Sequence record: NC_007023.1
Length of the DNA stretch: 64,000 nucleotides
From: Escherichia phage RB43
Strand: one strand, 5' to 3'
This document shows positions 28,110 to 36,916 of this stretch, one piece after another. Position 1 is the stretch's first letter. The number at the start of each line of letters is the position of its first letter. Made by a program: the position numbers and the translations under genes. The notes beneath the pieces were generated by a model, which worked only from the letters and a program-made list of their open reading frames with translations, made no database searches and had not been told where the DNA came from.

Positions 28110-28432
28110 TTACTTTTGATTCTGCTGCATTCTTCCTCACACTCTTTTTCCGCAAGGATTTTGCGAACAACAGTATTTCTGATTTTCCAGAGATAATCAA
28201 TCATCTGCATATCTTCGGGAGTGTGATAACCTTTCATATCACATTCAAATACGATAGCATCGCGTTCTGACATTGCCATTATCGCGGTAGCAGAACAAAT
28301 GGTCATCCCACTATATTTTTCAATCAACGATTCCAGTGTACGCTTTTCTGCCGGAAGGTCAATAGTTATCGGAACAGGACGGATTCTTGTAGTTGAATCG
28401 TCAAAGGATTGATAAATCATATCATCCACCAT
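28094..28432 (-). CDS. hypothetical protein (112 aa)
   Basis: ORF. Confidence 0.45.
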   Translation of the reverse strand: MVDDMIYQSFDDSTTRIRPVPITIDLPAEKRTLESLIEKYSGMTICSATAIMAMSERDAIVFECDMKGYHTPEDMQMIDYLWKIRNTVVRKILAEKECEEECSRIKSKWGVL

Positions 28433-28715
28433 ATTTGAGAGTATTCATATAACCGATGATGTATTCAACAACAGCATCGCGTTCTTCTTCACATTCATAT
28501 CCACCCCACGTTACCGACTGATTATGTGCTAAATGAAACGTAATCGCAGGTTTCCATGTTTTGTTAATACAAGGAATTTTAGCGTCGGTCTGAATCCATA
28601 AAACGTGCTCTACGTTAACAGGATAGTTAACACATTCCACCTCTGCGTTACTATTGTATACAAAATGGTCTGCGTATAAACGTTTATACGATTTAATTTC
28701 TGACACAATAATCAT
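28422..28715 (-). CDS. hypothetical protein (97 aa)
   Basis: ORF; ATGA overlap with upstream gene's reconstructed stop. Confidence 0.45.
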   Translation of the reverse strand: MIIVSEIKSYKRLYADHFVYNSNAEVECVNYPVNVEHVLWIQTDAKIPCINKTWKPAITFHLAHNQSVTWGGYECEEERDAVVEYIIGYMNTLKYGG

Positions 28716-29870
28716 TTTAACTCCACTGCATAAACATCGGTTTCAGGGGCTTTGTGTACGCGCATATCTTTACCACATACCGCATAAGCCGGACAGTTGC
28801 GACAACCGTTATGATCCGTGTTGCCTGTCAGTTCTTTACGGAACTGTTTTGTTCGCGGGTGTTCCCAGATATCTTTGATAAAAATCATCTGCTTCCAGAA
28901 CGTTCAAACCTTCGCCCCAGCCACCTTCAACCCAACGTTCGGTAAACGAGCAAGGGAAGAATTCGCCTTTTTCGTTGATGTAAGAGCTAAACATCGTCGC
29001 TTCGCAATCTTCCGCATACTGCTTGTATTGTTCGAAGTTCGGGTGTCCCTCCATCGCTTCAACGAAAGCGGGTGCTGAACAACTATCGAATCCAAATCCT
29101 ACACCAGAATCGAGGCAATATTCAACAAGTTTTTTGTATTGTTCGCGGGTGACGGTATCCCAGTTCTTACCGCGTCCCTTTTGTTTCAGACCCAGGAACA
29201 CGATCGCATTGACTTGTTTCAGGCGTGGATCGTTACGCACGGCATCAACAACGGTAAACGCATCATCATAGGTCTTTGAGCTAACCATGAAATGTAGGTT
29301 GATTTGCTGTTGTCCTGCTTCTGCCAGGTTCGCTACGGAATCGAAAGCAACATCGAAGCCAGCATGTTTATACACCGATACCGCAACAGCCCCAGCAACC
29401 GCCGCTAAACGCGCTGCAACGTCTTTTGATACATCAGCAATGGTAAGGTTCGGCACAATGCCTTTAGAACGCGCATAGGCCATCATATCAAACATATCAG
29501 GGTTTGTTTGTCCCTGTGCATCAGCACCGAGTGCGCATTGGGTTAACCAGGGCATTTTATCAATGATGGATTTGAAAGAAGCGAGATCCATATTGTAGCC
29601 GTTCGGGTTATTGGACTTGTAACAGAACCCACACAGCTTACCAGCAGGACCGTTGCATTTGGTAGTGACCTCAATATCGAGAATCTCAGGGAATGGGGCA
29701 TAAGTCGGATCGTTGTCAAAGGTTGTACCCCAACGAGCAAACTGACCAGTTTTAACGTTGAAATCGTAATTGTACCATTTGGATCTAGCGTGGCGCATAT
29801 CTCCAGCCTGGTAGATAAACAACGTAGGCGCTTTCATAACAGTATGTGCATTATTCATAATATTTCTCAA
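28712..29870 (-). CDS. putative Fe-S / radical-SAM-like enzyme (non-canonical CX7CX2C), apparent frameshift at A5 run ~28885-28895
   Basis: TTKCNGPAGKLCGFCY cluster; C-terminal continuation in another frame adds CRNCPAYAVCGKD Cys motif. Confidence 0.35.
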
Positions 29871-30055
29871 AATTGAATGTGTGAACGGAATACAGCACGA
29901 GCGGTTACTTCATTATCAAACGGCATTGAAGTACCGGATTTTTCGTTTTCCACGTTAACGCGCCAGAAAGAAGAAATGTCGTTACCTTCAACATACTGAA
30001 ACAGCGTTACAGTTTTGTTTGGTAATTCGCGTTTGTCGATTTCATACTTTTTCAT
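29867..30055 (-). CDS. hypothetical protein (~62 aa)
   Basis: Start moved to internal Met to avoid overlap with upstream gene. Confidence 0.4.
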   Translation of the reverse strand: MKKYEIDKRELPNKTVTLFQYVEGNDISSFWRVNVENEKSGTSMPFDNEVTARAVFRSHIQF

Positions 30056-30314
30056 TTTTGCCACCAAAGCGGGATTGACGTTCTGCCATGAGTTCACGGC
30101 GATAATGTTTAACGTAAACCCCGTTGAGTTTACGCAGTTGTCCGAATACTTTGTTAAACAGGGCTTTCTTCGCCTTGTATTCGTCGGTCATGCGGATAGA
30201 CTCGATGGTCATCCCCATTTCATTTTTCGGATATGCTCTAAGTTCACTTCCTATATCAGAGCACCAGGATTCAAGATAGTCACGCTGGGTTTTGTATTGT
30301 TCAAACGTTAACAT
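30042..30314 (-). CDS. hypothetical protein (90 aa)
   Basis: ORF. Confidence 0.45.
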   Translation of the reverse strand: MLTFEQYKTQRDYLESWCSDIGSELRAYPKNEMGMTIESIRMTDEYKAKKALFNKVFGQLRKLNGVYVKHYRRELMAERQSRFGGKNEKV

Positions 30315-30369
30315 AGTTCACCTCTCCGTTTCTGTATGGGTGTAAGATAACATCATCAAACACCCAGCG

Positions 30370-30549
30370 CAAGCATTATTTGTTGTATTCAAGGAAGAAT
30401 TTAATTGCTTCTTCCGGTGTCATATCATCGGAGAACAAACCAAAGAAAGTACGATGATGATCATTATAGGAAATGTTCAGAGGTTGCAATAAATCCCGAA
30501 CCTGTTCAGCCCATTGGCGATATTTTTTACTAAATGGTTGATTTCTCAT
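30370..30549 (-). CDS. hypothetical protein (59 aa)
   Basis: MRNQPFSKKYRQWAEQVRDLL...; ATGA overlap with upstream gene. Confidence 0.3.
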
Positions 30550-30746
30550 TCTTCCTCTCCTTCCTGTGCGAAGTATTCACACACCGCATCTTCGGGGGTA
30601 CAACCATCAGAGTAAAGGGCATACATGAAATCTTCATCATATGCAGAACTACCCAGCATGTTTTCAACAGAGCGTTTCCATTTGTTGTAATTCTTTTCGC
30701 CCTGGGTTACTTCGTTTTCTGCTTTACACATTTCATACATGTTCAT
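30546..30746 (-). CDS. hypothetical acidic protein (66 aa)
   Basis: ORF. Confidence 0.4.
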   Translation of the reverse strand: MNMYEMCKAENEVTQGEKNYNKWKRSVENMLGSSAYDEDFMYALYSDGCTPEDAVCEYFAQEGEEE

Positions 30747-30892
30747 AAAAATCTCCCAAAATCTTTTGCTACATCTTTCGGATCGGCTTCCAGTTCGTAC
30801 AGTTCACGGGCTAAGGAACTGGGTTTTATATCACGCCCTAAATGGGTGCTAACGTTACGTAACCACTGAATATAGGGATCGAACTTGCTCAT
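30743..30892 (-). CDS. possible 49-aa protein
   Basis: MSKFDPYIQWLRNVSTHLGRDIKPSS...; ATGA couplings. Confidence 0.25.
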   Translation of the reverse strand: MSKFDPYIQWLRNVSTHLGRDIKPSSLARELYELEADPKDVAKDFGRFL

Positions 30893-31050
30893 AACACCAC
30901 CGCATTACCAGACTTTATTGAACGCTCCAGGGATTCAGCAGTGACAGTAAATTCAGGGAACCACACACCGAGATTACTTGACCACCACCAGACATTACCA
31001 CCATCAGTTTTAAATTCAAGATTCAGGTAGTTACTGAAAATGCGTTTCAT
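30889..31050 (-). CDS. hypothetical Trp-rich small protein (~53 aa)
   Basis: Start at ATG 31048-31050 with RBS AAGGGG. Confidence 0.35.
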   Translation of the reverse strand: MKRIFSNYLNLEFKTDGGNVWWWSSNLGVWFPEFTVTAESLERSIKSGNAVVL

Positions 31051-31060
31051 ATTATTCCCC

Positions 31061-31339
31061 TTATGCCATTTTCTTAGCGAGTTTCCAGGCGGCTTTGAAC
31101 GCCGGAACATCGTCAATTTCAATCCAGAAACCAGAACCGAAACCATCATTGTAGCAAGGGCAACCGTCGCAGTAGTTTTCCCAGGTCATCACTTCGCCAC
31201 CAACAGAAGCACCAGTTTCCATCGCACGTAACGCATCTTCAACTTTTTCCAGTTTTTCCGCGTTGTCGTCATAAATGATGAAGTACCATTTGCCGTTGTA
31301 TTCGTTACCCAGTTTGATTGCTTCGCGAACAAGTTTCAT
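31061..31339 (-). CDS. hypothetical protein (~92 aa; CDGCPC motif)
   Basis: Start at MKLVREA just downstream of element C; ORF-track N-terminus is translation of the promoter element. Confidence 0.5.
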   Translation of the reverse strand: MKLVREAIKLGNEYNGKWYFIIYDDNAEKLEKVEDALRAMETGASVGGEVMTWENYCDGCPCYNDGFGSGFWIEIDDVPAFKAAWKLAKKMA

Positions 31340-31412
31340 GATGATTTCCTTTTGTCTGTTTCGTTTCGATGTGTGTAATATAACAAAACCCCTCACCATA
31401 GGCAAGGGGTTT
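31340..31412 (-). promoter_or_regulatory. PeSL-like element C (TTGCCT-17-TATATT with hairpin ACCCCT...AGGGGT)
   Basis: -35 at 31400-31405, -10 at 31377-31382 (minus strand). Confidence 0.55.
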
Positions 31413-31430
31413 CTTTAACAAAAAGTGCTA

Positions 31431-32033
31431 TTACCATCCGTTAGGGTTGCGGAAATGTGTCTGCCAGTAACGCAGTTGTTCGCGGCTCATTTGCTGGGTG
31501 TCAATTACCATGCTATGAATCATTTCTAACATAACACGGGTTTGTGCGACATCCTCCAGGCTCGCTATACGCTGTTTTAAGGCTTCGTTCTCTTTCTCCA
31601 ACTCAACCATACGGTCGTATGCTTTGATGCGCTCCAGTGGCATATCAGGGCGCTCTTTGAGGACACGGGCGCGGGACACTTCACATTCATGATTCGCTTT
31701 CCAGTGTTCAGCCTCTTTGACGGCTTTTTGTTCGTTATGACGTGACATAGAAAGGTCACTAACCAGATCCATAACAGTTTGCGGATCTACGGTTTCAAGG
31801 TAATTCCCCAGATCCGTTTCCCATCCTTTAACCTGTGTCGGACTATCACCATAAGGAACTACATACTGAAATACACGTTTATATTCTTTCCCACTGAATC
31901 CGTAATCTTGATTACCGCGAATAGAACCATTATCAGCAGCAGTCCATTTAGAACCCATCATGTAAGAGACTTTACGCGCCGCCTCAGCAATAGCGCCAAT
32001 TTTCGTATCTTCTAATTTCATTTCATATCCCAT
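31431..32033 (-). CDS. hypothetical protein (200 aa; C-terminal coiled coil)
   Basis: ORF. Confidence 0.5.
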   Translation of the reverse strand: MGYEMKLEDTKIGAIAEAARKVSYMMGSKWTAADNGSIRGNQDYGFSGKEYKRVFQYVVPYGDSPTQVKGWETDLGNYLETVDPQTVMDLVSDLSMSRHNEQKAVKEAEHWKANHECEVSRARVLKERPDMPLERIKAYDRMVELEKENEALKQRIASLEDVAQTRVMLEMIHSMVIDTQQMSREQLRYWQTHFRNPNGW

Positions 32034-32422
32034 AATTCATATTGTGCGCGAAGGATAGCGTACAGGCTACCTATGTGGATCGTGTCTACCGGACACTGGA
32101 ACATATCACTACGCATCATGTTAAACTCAATATCGTTCTGTTCAACGAAGTTGCCGATCATTGATGTCCAGCCCATCACCAGGTTATAGCCGTCCTCCGA
32201 TAACCCGTAAGCCAGCTTAACCATGATACAGCGTTTATCAGCCAGTTCTACGCGCATATGGGTACTGCTATGCGTGACCTTGCTGGGGAATCTGCGGAAC
32301 ATCTTGGTAAGGAGTTTAGCCGTTTCAATATTGAACGCCAGTTCTTGATCCTTACTAACCTGATTATCATGACGACGATCCAGGTATTTTTTCATCTTAG
32401 GGTTAGTGTTCACATGTTGCAT
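32018..32422 (-). CDS. hypothetical protein (134 aa)
   Basis: ORF. Confidence 0.45.
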   Translation of the reverse strand: MQHVNTNPKMKKYLDRRHDNQVSKDQELAFNIETAKLLTKMFRRFPSKVTHSSTHMRVELADKRCIMVKLAYGLSEDGYNLVMGWTSMIGNFVEQNDIEFNMMRSDMFQCPVDTIHIGSLYAILRAQYELWDMK

Positions 32423-32622
32423 AATGTATCCTTAAAACGTTCTTTTCCAGTGCCATTGCATGAACTGCATTTTGGCGATCCGTGGTTATCATACCGACCC
32501 GAACCGTTACATGCAAGACATTTCCGTAATTTCCAACCATACACGAACCGCATATAGTAATCGGTTCGTGCGGCTTTGCGTTCGTGGAAGTTCATACTTT
32601 GCTGTAAACCTGAACCAACCAC
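32410..32622 (-). CDS. small Cys-rich protein with two DnaJ-type CxxCxGxG zinc-finger repeats
   Basis: CLACNGSG ... CSSCNGTG. Confidence 0.45.
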   Translation of the reverse strand: MVGSGLQQSMNFHERKAARTDYYMRFVYGWKLRKCLACNGSGRYDNHGSPKCSSCNGTGKERFKDTLCNM

Positions 32623-32795
32623 ATTTCGATGTTCGGCGCGTAAGTAACGTTTACCATCGGCATAGTGCGGTATTTGTAAGCGGCTTTGTATGCTTCCAGT
32701 TCGGTCGCAACACAGAAAGAGAAACCGTTGTCATAACGTTCTGCGTTAGCAACTTCACAACCAACAACAGCAGCAATGTTTTTGTTCATGTTCAT
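32592..32795 (-). CDS. hypothetical protein (67 aa)
   Basis: Start at MNMNKN downstream of element D. Confidence 0.4.
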   Translation of the reverse strand: MNMNKNIAAVVGCEVANAERYDNGFSFCVATELEAYKAAYKYRTMPMVNVTYAPNIEMWLVQVYSKV

Positions 32796-32870
32796 GATGA
32801 TTTTCCTTTCTCTGTTTCGTTTCGATGTGTGTAATATAACAAAGACCCTGCACGGATGCAAGGGCTTTAA
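32796..32870 (-). promoter_or_regulatory. PeSL-like element D (TTGCAT-17-TATATT with hairpin)
   Basis: -35 at 32856-32861, -10 at 32833-32838 (minus strand). Confidence 0.55.
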
Positions 32871-32875
32871 TGAAA

Positions 32876-33172
32876 TTATTTCGATTCTTTTGGCAATTGT
32901 TCGATAATCGATTGAGTTTGTTTAAGTTCTTCACTCAAATTATTTCGATATGTAGCAAGTTCGCGGATTCTCGCGTTCGCATATGTGATGACCCTTTCCT
33001 CAGTCACCGCATAATGATAACCACCATTAGAAGTAAGTTCCAAACGGTAATTATCCCCCGTTAGGTACTTTGATATGCTGGTACTGTAAAAATACCTTTA
33101 CTGCTTCCAGAAGATTATAGTCTTCTTTACCGATAATAAACTGGTTCGGTTCCATTTCTTCAATATCAGGAT
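32876..33172 (-). CDS. hypothetical protein, apparent frameshift at C5/G5 run (~33051-33055)
   Basis: 41-aa ORF MNPDIEEM...VPNGG continues in another frame as DNYRLELTSNGGYHYAVTEERVITYANARIRELATYRNNLSEELKQTQSIIEQLPKESK. Confidence 0.3.
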
Positions 33173-33709
33173 TCATTTTGTAGCCTTATACATTTCAATT
33201 ACGCGTTTCATGTGCTCTTGTGATTGAGGCACACCAGCGAAGTTCAGTTTAATAAAGAATTCAAGACGATCTTTTTTATTGCATTCATCCAGCCCCAGGG
33301 CAGGTAATGACAGGTTTTCAAAGGCGCGTTGTTCGTGTCGCTGCATATCGTCCCAGAACAGACGGGAACCATCCGGCATAGGAATCCCTATCTCACCTTC
33401 ATAAACCTTGATGATCGTCGTCAATCGTTGTTTGCCGTCGATTACTTCGACCCAGTGAGATTCGTTAAACTCGCTATCAACAGCGATCGCGATAATACCG
33501 CAAGGGAACCCAGTGATCAAAGTTGTCAAGAATTCATCTTGTTCTTTCTGCGTCCACACATAAGGGCGCTGATAGGATGGATTCAGATCCAGATCCTTAT
33601 TTTTCCACCAGTGAATATAACTTCCAACAATGATCGCATGTTCACGGCTTCTGAAAGTTATCTGTTCGCGAATCCGGTTTCTTGCCGGAATATCATCTTT
33701 ATTAGACAT
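33173..33709 (-). CDS. DUF262 / ParB-like nuclease-fold domain protein
   Basis: 178 aa; YQRPYVW and IDGKQRLTT motifs typical of DUF262 (GmrSD N-terminal domain family). Confidence 0.6.
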   Translation of the reverse strand: MSNKDDIPARNRIREQITFRSREHAIIVGSYIHWWKNKDLDLNPSYQRPYVWTQKEQDEFLTTLITGFPCGIIAIAVDSEFNESHWVEVIDGKQRLTTIIKVYEGEIGIPMPDGSRLFWDDMQRHEQRAFENLSLPALGLDECNKKDRLEFFIKLNFAGVPQSQEHMKRVIEMYKATK

Positions 33710-34040
33710 GTTTGACTACCCACATCAATAAACCAGCATTGATAATAGCAAAAGTAGTACAAATCGCAGCATAAACACGCGCATTATGAACGTAGGTTTT
33801 CAGTTCTGCGATCTCTTGATCCTTTTCACTTTCGAACTCTTCACGGGTTCCGTAGTAACCAGGATCAGCAGGAGTAGCAACGCGCACAGCATCTTTTTCG
33901 AATAATGTCGATTTACCATGATCAGGCCCAACAACACCCAAAATGTCACCACGGTCGGTGTTAACGATTCCGTGTGTTCCGGCTTTGGCAAATTTACAAT
34001 CTTTGATTGTGACTACACGATCGCCAGCTTTGTAATTCAT
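33702..34040 (-). CDS. hypothetical protein with C-terminal TM anchor (112 aa)
   Basis: ORF; terminator hairpin 34047-34068 upstream. Confidence 0.5.
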   Translation of the reverse strand: MNYKAGDRVVTIKDCKFAKAGTHGIVNTDRGDILGVVGPDHGKSTLFEKDAVRVATPADPGYYGTREEFESEKDQEIAELKTYVHNARVYAAICTTFAIINAGLLMWVVKHV

Positions 34041-34067
34041 AATATATCCTCAAAGGGGCCGAAGCCC

Positions 34068-34325
34068 CTATTTCGCTTTCTGTTGGAGGTACTCTAACAG
34101 TTTACCTTCTTCCTGCAAAGCAGAAACTTTATTCAGCTTTGCAATGTTCTGGAAATCAGATTGATCGGAATACTCCCAAACACCATCATCAGCAATAATT
34201 GCACCTGCTGATTCTCCGGTATGTGGATTGCGAGTCAATGCCAGCCCCAGGGGATGCAGGATCTCTTTATTGATTTTCCAGAGCAACCCCATTTCAGACA
34301 GAGTATTGAAATCGACGGTTTTCAT
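34068..34325 (-). CDS. hypothetical protein (85 aa)
   Basis: ORF. Confidence 0.45.
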   Translation of the reverse strand: MKTVDFNTLSEMGLLWKINKEILHPLGLALTRNPHTGESAGAIIADDGVWEYSDQSDFQNIAKLNKVSALQEEGKLLEYLQQKAK

Positions 34326-34708
34326 TTTGCAATAATGCCGAAAGCAAGCAAACCACCGCGATGATCGTTATCCGCACTCTCCTGGAAGAAAAAGTATTCA
34401 TCACCGGAAATACTGGTAACACGAACACCTTCTTTCAGATACGGTAACAGATACAGAGGGATCAGCATGATTTCTAAATCATCGCTCCATTTACGGAACC
34501 CCAGATTTTTCATTTCTTCCATCGTCAGGTCATTAGGATCGACGGGTTCAAAATCAGGTGATGCCTGGAGTCGTCCAGGAAGTGAACGTATATGGTTGAG
34601 AGCAAATTCTTCTCCCCATGACTGATACGCGATAGGTTCAGCGGCACGGGTTGCAGTAGCCAACAGAATCATTTGGCAGATTTGGAAAGTCGTTGCTTTT
34701 GTTTTCAT
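34322..34708 (-). CDS. hypothetical protein (128 aa; possible signal peptide)
   Basis: ORF. Confidence 0.45.
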   Translation of the reverse strand: MKTKATTFQICQMILLATATRAAEPIAYQSWGEEFALNHIRSLPGRLQASPDFEPVDPNDLTMEEMKNLGFRKWSDDLEIMLIPLYLLPYLKEGVRVTSISGDEYFFFQESADNDHRGGLLAFGIIAK

Positions 34709-35118
34709 GATGTATATCCCACAAGTTTAGTAAGGAGGTGTCCCATAGTCTTACGCGCATGATCGCGGATTTCGCTATAAGGAACATATTTGAAACCGTC
34801 CATTTCTGTAATGGTTCGACCGTTCTTCACGAACGTTGACGCACAGAAACATTTATCGGCTTCGGGGTAATTATCGCCTTTGTAGATGAACAATGCAAGT
34901 TTTTTCTTACTTGTATAATCCAAAACACCCAGGCTGATCAGTTGGTCAGGACGCACTTCGAAACCAGTTTCTTCGAAGCATTCGCGAATAGCAGCATCAT
35001 ATGGGCTTTCACCCTTTTCTACATGCCCCTTTGGAATATCCCAGTGGGGCGTTTCGGTAGCGTGACCCATTAGAATACTGCCGTTATTCAGAAAGAGAAT
35101 ACCAGCAGATAATTCCAT
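34705..35118 (-). CDS. Nudix hydrolase (MutT/NudE-like)
   Basis: Nudix box GHVEKGESPYDAAIRECFEETGFEV; position comparable to T4 nudE region as I recall it. Confidence 0.85.
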   Translation of the reverse strand: MELSAGILFLNNGSILMGHATETPHWDIPKGHVEKGESPYDAAIRECFEETGFEVRPDQLISLGVLDYTSKKKLALFIYKGDNYPEADKCFCASTFVKNGRTITEMDGFKYVPYSEIRDHARKTMGHLLTKLVGYTS

Positions 35119-35354
35119 TATGCGTTTCCTGAACTAAATTTCTCGTCGTATGCGGAAAGCGCATTATCTGCACGTTTTTTCGCTTCTGTATGTCCACGGC
35201 TATCATTGATACCGCGACGATACATTTCGATCCAGAAAGAACGTCGAGTATCTTCGTTCATTTCGGTCAGTTTAATATCGCGAAATACGTTTTGTTCTTT
35301 GATCAGTCGTGCCAGTTCAGCATCTTGTTCAGTTCTTGATAGTACAGTGTTCAT
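35118..35354 (-). CDS. hypothetical protein (78 aa)
   Basis: ORF. Confidence 0.45.
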   Translation of the reverse strand: MNTVLSRTEQDAELARLIKEQNVFRDIKLTEMNEDTRRSFWIEMYRRGINDSRGHTEAKKRADNALSAYDEKFSSGNA

Positions 35355-35375
35355 AGTTCACCTATTTCTTTCAGT

Positions 35376-35603
35376 TCAGTTTTCAGTTTTTCGAGGAGTG
35401 GATTGGTATTGGATTTGTGAATCACTCAACCGCGCATAGAACAGAGTACGGGTTTCGTTGATTTCAGACAATACCTCTTGATCGAGTTTTTCGATACCCG
35501 CACCGAATGCCATTTGAAACAGAGTTTCAGCAGTTTGCGCGAATCCGTGTTGAAACATTCGATCGAATTTTGGTTCGTATTGTATTAAACGGACACTAGC
35601 CAT
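35376..35603 (-). CDS. hypothetical protein (~75 aa)
   Basis: Start moved to internal Met (MASVRL) to limit overlap. Confidence 0.35.
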   Translation of the reverse strand: MASVRLIQYEPKFDRMFQHGFAQTAETLFQMAFGAGIEKLDQEVLSEINETRTLFYARLSDSQIQYQSTPRKTEN

Positions 35604-35889
35604 AATATTCTTCGTAATCCTCACAATCTGGGAGGTATGTTTCGCAGAACATACAGAGTGTGAAAAATGCGGTTTGGCGAATGCCTGGGTTATCCGGTAG
35701 ATACATCCAGAATGTGTTTGCAAACACAATGAACGTTTTCAGATTTTCAACGGTTACTTCGCTGATACCATCATAACCAGATTGCGCGATCGCTCGCTCC
35801 AGAGGAACAGGATATTGCTGGCAGTAGTCAGCGTAATGTTCACTCGTTACAAGGTCATTAGCGACCTTCACTAAATTGGTGATTTTCAT
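35596..35889 (-). CDS. hypothetical protein (97 aa)
   Basis: ORF. Confidence 0.45.
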   Translation of the reverse strand: MKITNLVKVANDLVTSEHYADYCQQYPVPLERAIAQSGYDGISEVTVENLKTFIVFANTFWMYLPDNPGIRQTAFFTLCMFCETYLPDCEDYEEYYG

Positions 35890-36152
35890 TCAATATACCC
35901 CCAGCGAATCATAATATTATTGTCATCGGCAGGACCGTATACCGAAGGGTACGGATAAACTTCTGCTTTATAAAGATACACGATAGAATGCTTACGCATT
36001 TCATTGATAATATCGCTAAACGTACCTACTGATGTTTTTAGAGGCAGTGCCATTGGATTATCGCTGGTTTCTACTGTTGCTATCGGTCCATCAACCAGGA
36101 TAACACGAACTATCGTATGTTCGGTCAAATAAGCATATATTTTGTTTTTCAT
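35886..36152 (-). CDS. hypothetical protein (88 aa)
   Basis: ORF. Confidence 0.45.
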   Translation of the reverse strand: MKNKIYAYLTEHTIVRVILVDGPIATVETSDNPMALPLKTSVGTFSDIINEMRKHSIVYLYKAEVYPYPSVYGPADDNNIMIRWGYIE

Positions 36153-36469
36153 GCTTTTACGTATTCCACTTTAACAGGTTTTGCGACAAGGCGGTCTTTG
36201 GTGTAACCTTGCCCGTTACAGATATCACACACGTACTTGATATCTTCCATTTGGTCAACCCATCCAGAATCAGGCAAGCCAGAAGGATATGTGTTAACAC
36301 GGCGCACAACATATCCCTTACTTTCGCATTTCGGGCATTTGTGGGGATATTTTGATTTCAGTTCATTGGAGATCTGACGCAGCGTTTTCTCACCGCCGAG
36401 AACGGCGCACATGTGTTCGAGATCTGGAATTCTTAAATCAGCAGCCGTAACCAGGTTGAACTTTGACAT
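36149..36469 (-). CDS. zinc-ribbon protein (~106 aa; CPKCES...CDICNGQG)
   Basis: Start at MSKFN (ATG 36467-36469); ORF-track N-terminus is out-of-frame read of upstream small gene. Confidence 0.45.
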   Translation of the reverse strand: MSKFNLVTAADLRIPDLEHMCAVLGGEKTLRQISNELKSKYPHKCPKCESKGYVVRRVNTYPSGLPDSGWVDQMEDIKYVCDICNGQGYTKDRLVAKPVKVEYVKA

Positions 36470-36479
36470 AATATATTTC

Positions 36480-36620
36480 TCACTTAAAGAATTTTTTGAT
36501 GAAAGATAGGAACAAGCCACCACCGAACATGATCCAGTAACCAGCACCATCGCCATGAAACAAGACATAGACGGCAACACCGTAACAAAATAGTTCTGCA
36601 ATGTTCAGTAAGTTTCTCAT
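36480..36620 (-). CDS. small membrane peptide (46 aa)
   Basis: MRNLLNIAELFCYGVAVYVLFHGDGAGYWIMFGGGLFLSFIKKFFK preceded by strong RBS AGGAGG. Confidence 0.4.
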   Translation of the reverse strand: MRNLLNIAELFCYGVAVYVLFHGDGAGYWIMFGGGLFLSFIKKFFK

Positions 36621-36709
36621 ACCTTCCTCCTTTGTCTACACCAGGTATTTTACCAGAATATAGACCATAGTCAACAACAAAGTTTTATCAACAATACGAT
36701 CGCCTGTCA

Positions 36710-36850
36710 TTAGTAGTCTCCCATAGGTTGAGAAGATGCGACACTCAGAACTTTGAAAGTGCATTTGTTCCACTCACAATAAGTTTTTGCACAGTGAACG
36801 CTACCTTTCATAACAAACCCATTTGAGAAAATAAGCCAGTACAGTTTCAT
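36710..36850 (-). CDS. small Cys-rich protein (~46 aa)
   Basis: Start at MKLYWLIF downstream of element E. Confidence 0.35.
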   Translation of the reverse strand: MKLYWLIFSNGFVMKGSVHCAKTYCEWNKCTFKVLSVASSQPMGDY

Positions 36851-36915
36851 GATTGTCTCCTTTGTTTCAACACCCCCAATATAGCAAAAGCCCCTGCACG
36901 AATGCAAGGGCTTTT
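36851..36915 (-). promoter_or_regulatory. PeSL-like element E (TTGCAT-18-TATATT with hairpin GCCCCTGCA...TGCAAGGGC)
   Basis: -35 at 36902-36907, -10 at 36878-36883 (minus strand). Confidence 0.55.
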
Positions 36916-36916
36916 T

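Noticed and set aside
28836-29870. Confident call of a canonical radical-SAM enzyme
   Set aside because: Cys spacing is CX7CX2C, not CX3CX2C, and no clear GGE motif follows, so only a tentative Fe-S/radical-SAM-like call is made.
31061-32861. ORF-track N-terminal extensions MPMVRGFVILHTSKRNR... and MHPCRVFVILHTSKRNR...
   Set aside because: The shared peptide is a translation of the conserved promoter-hairpin element; true starts are the downstream ATGs with RBSs, so these are not a protein paralog family.
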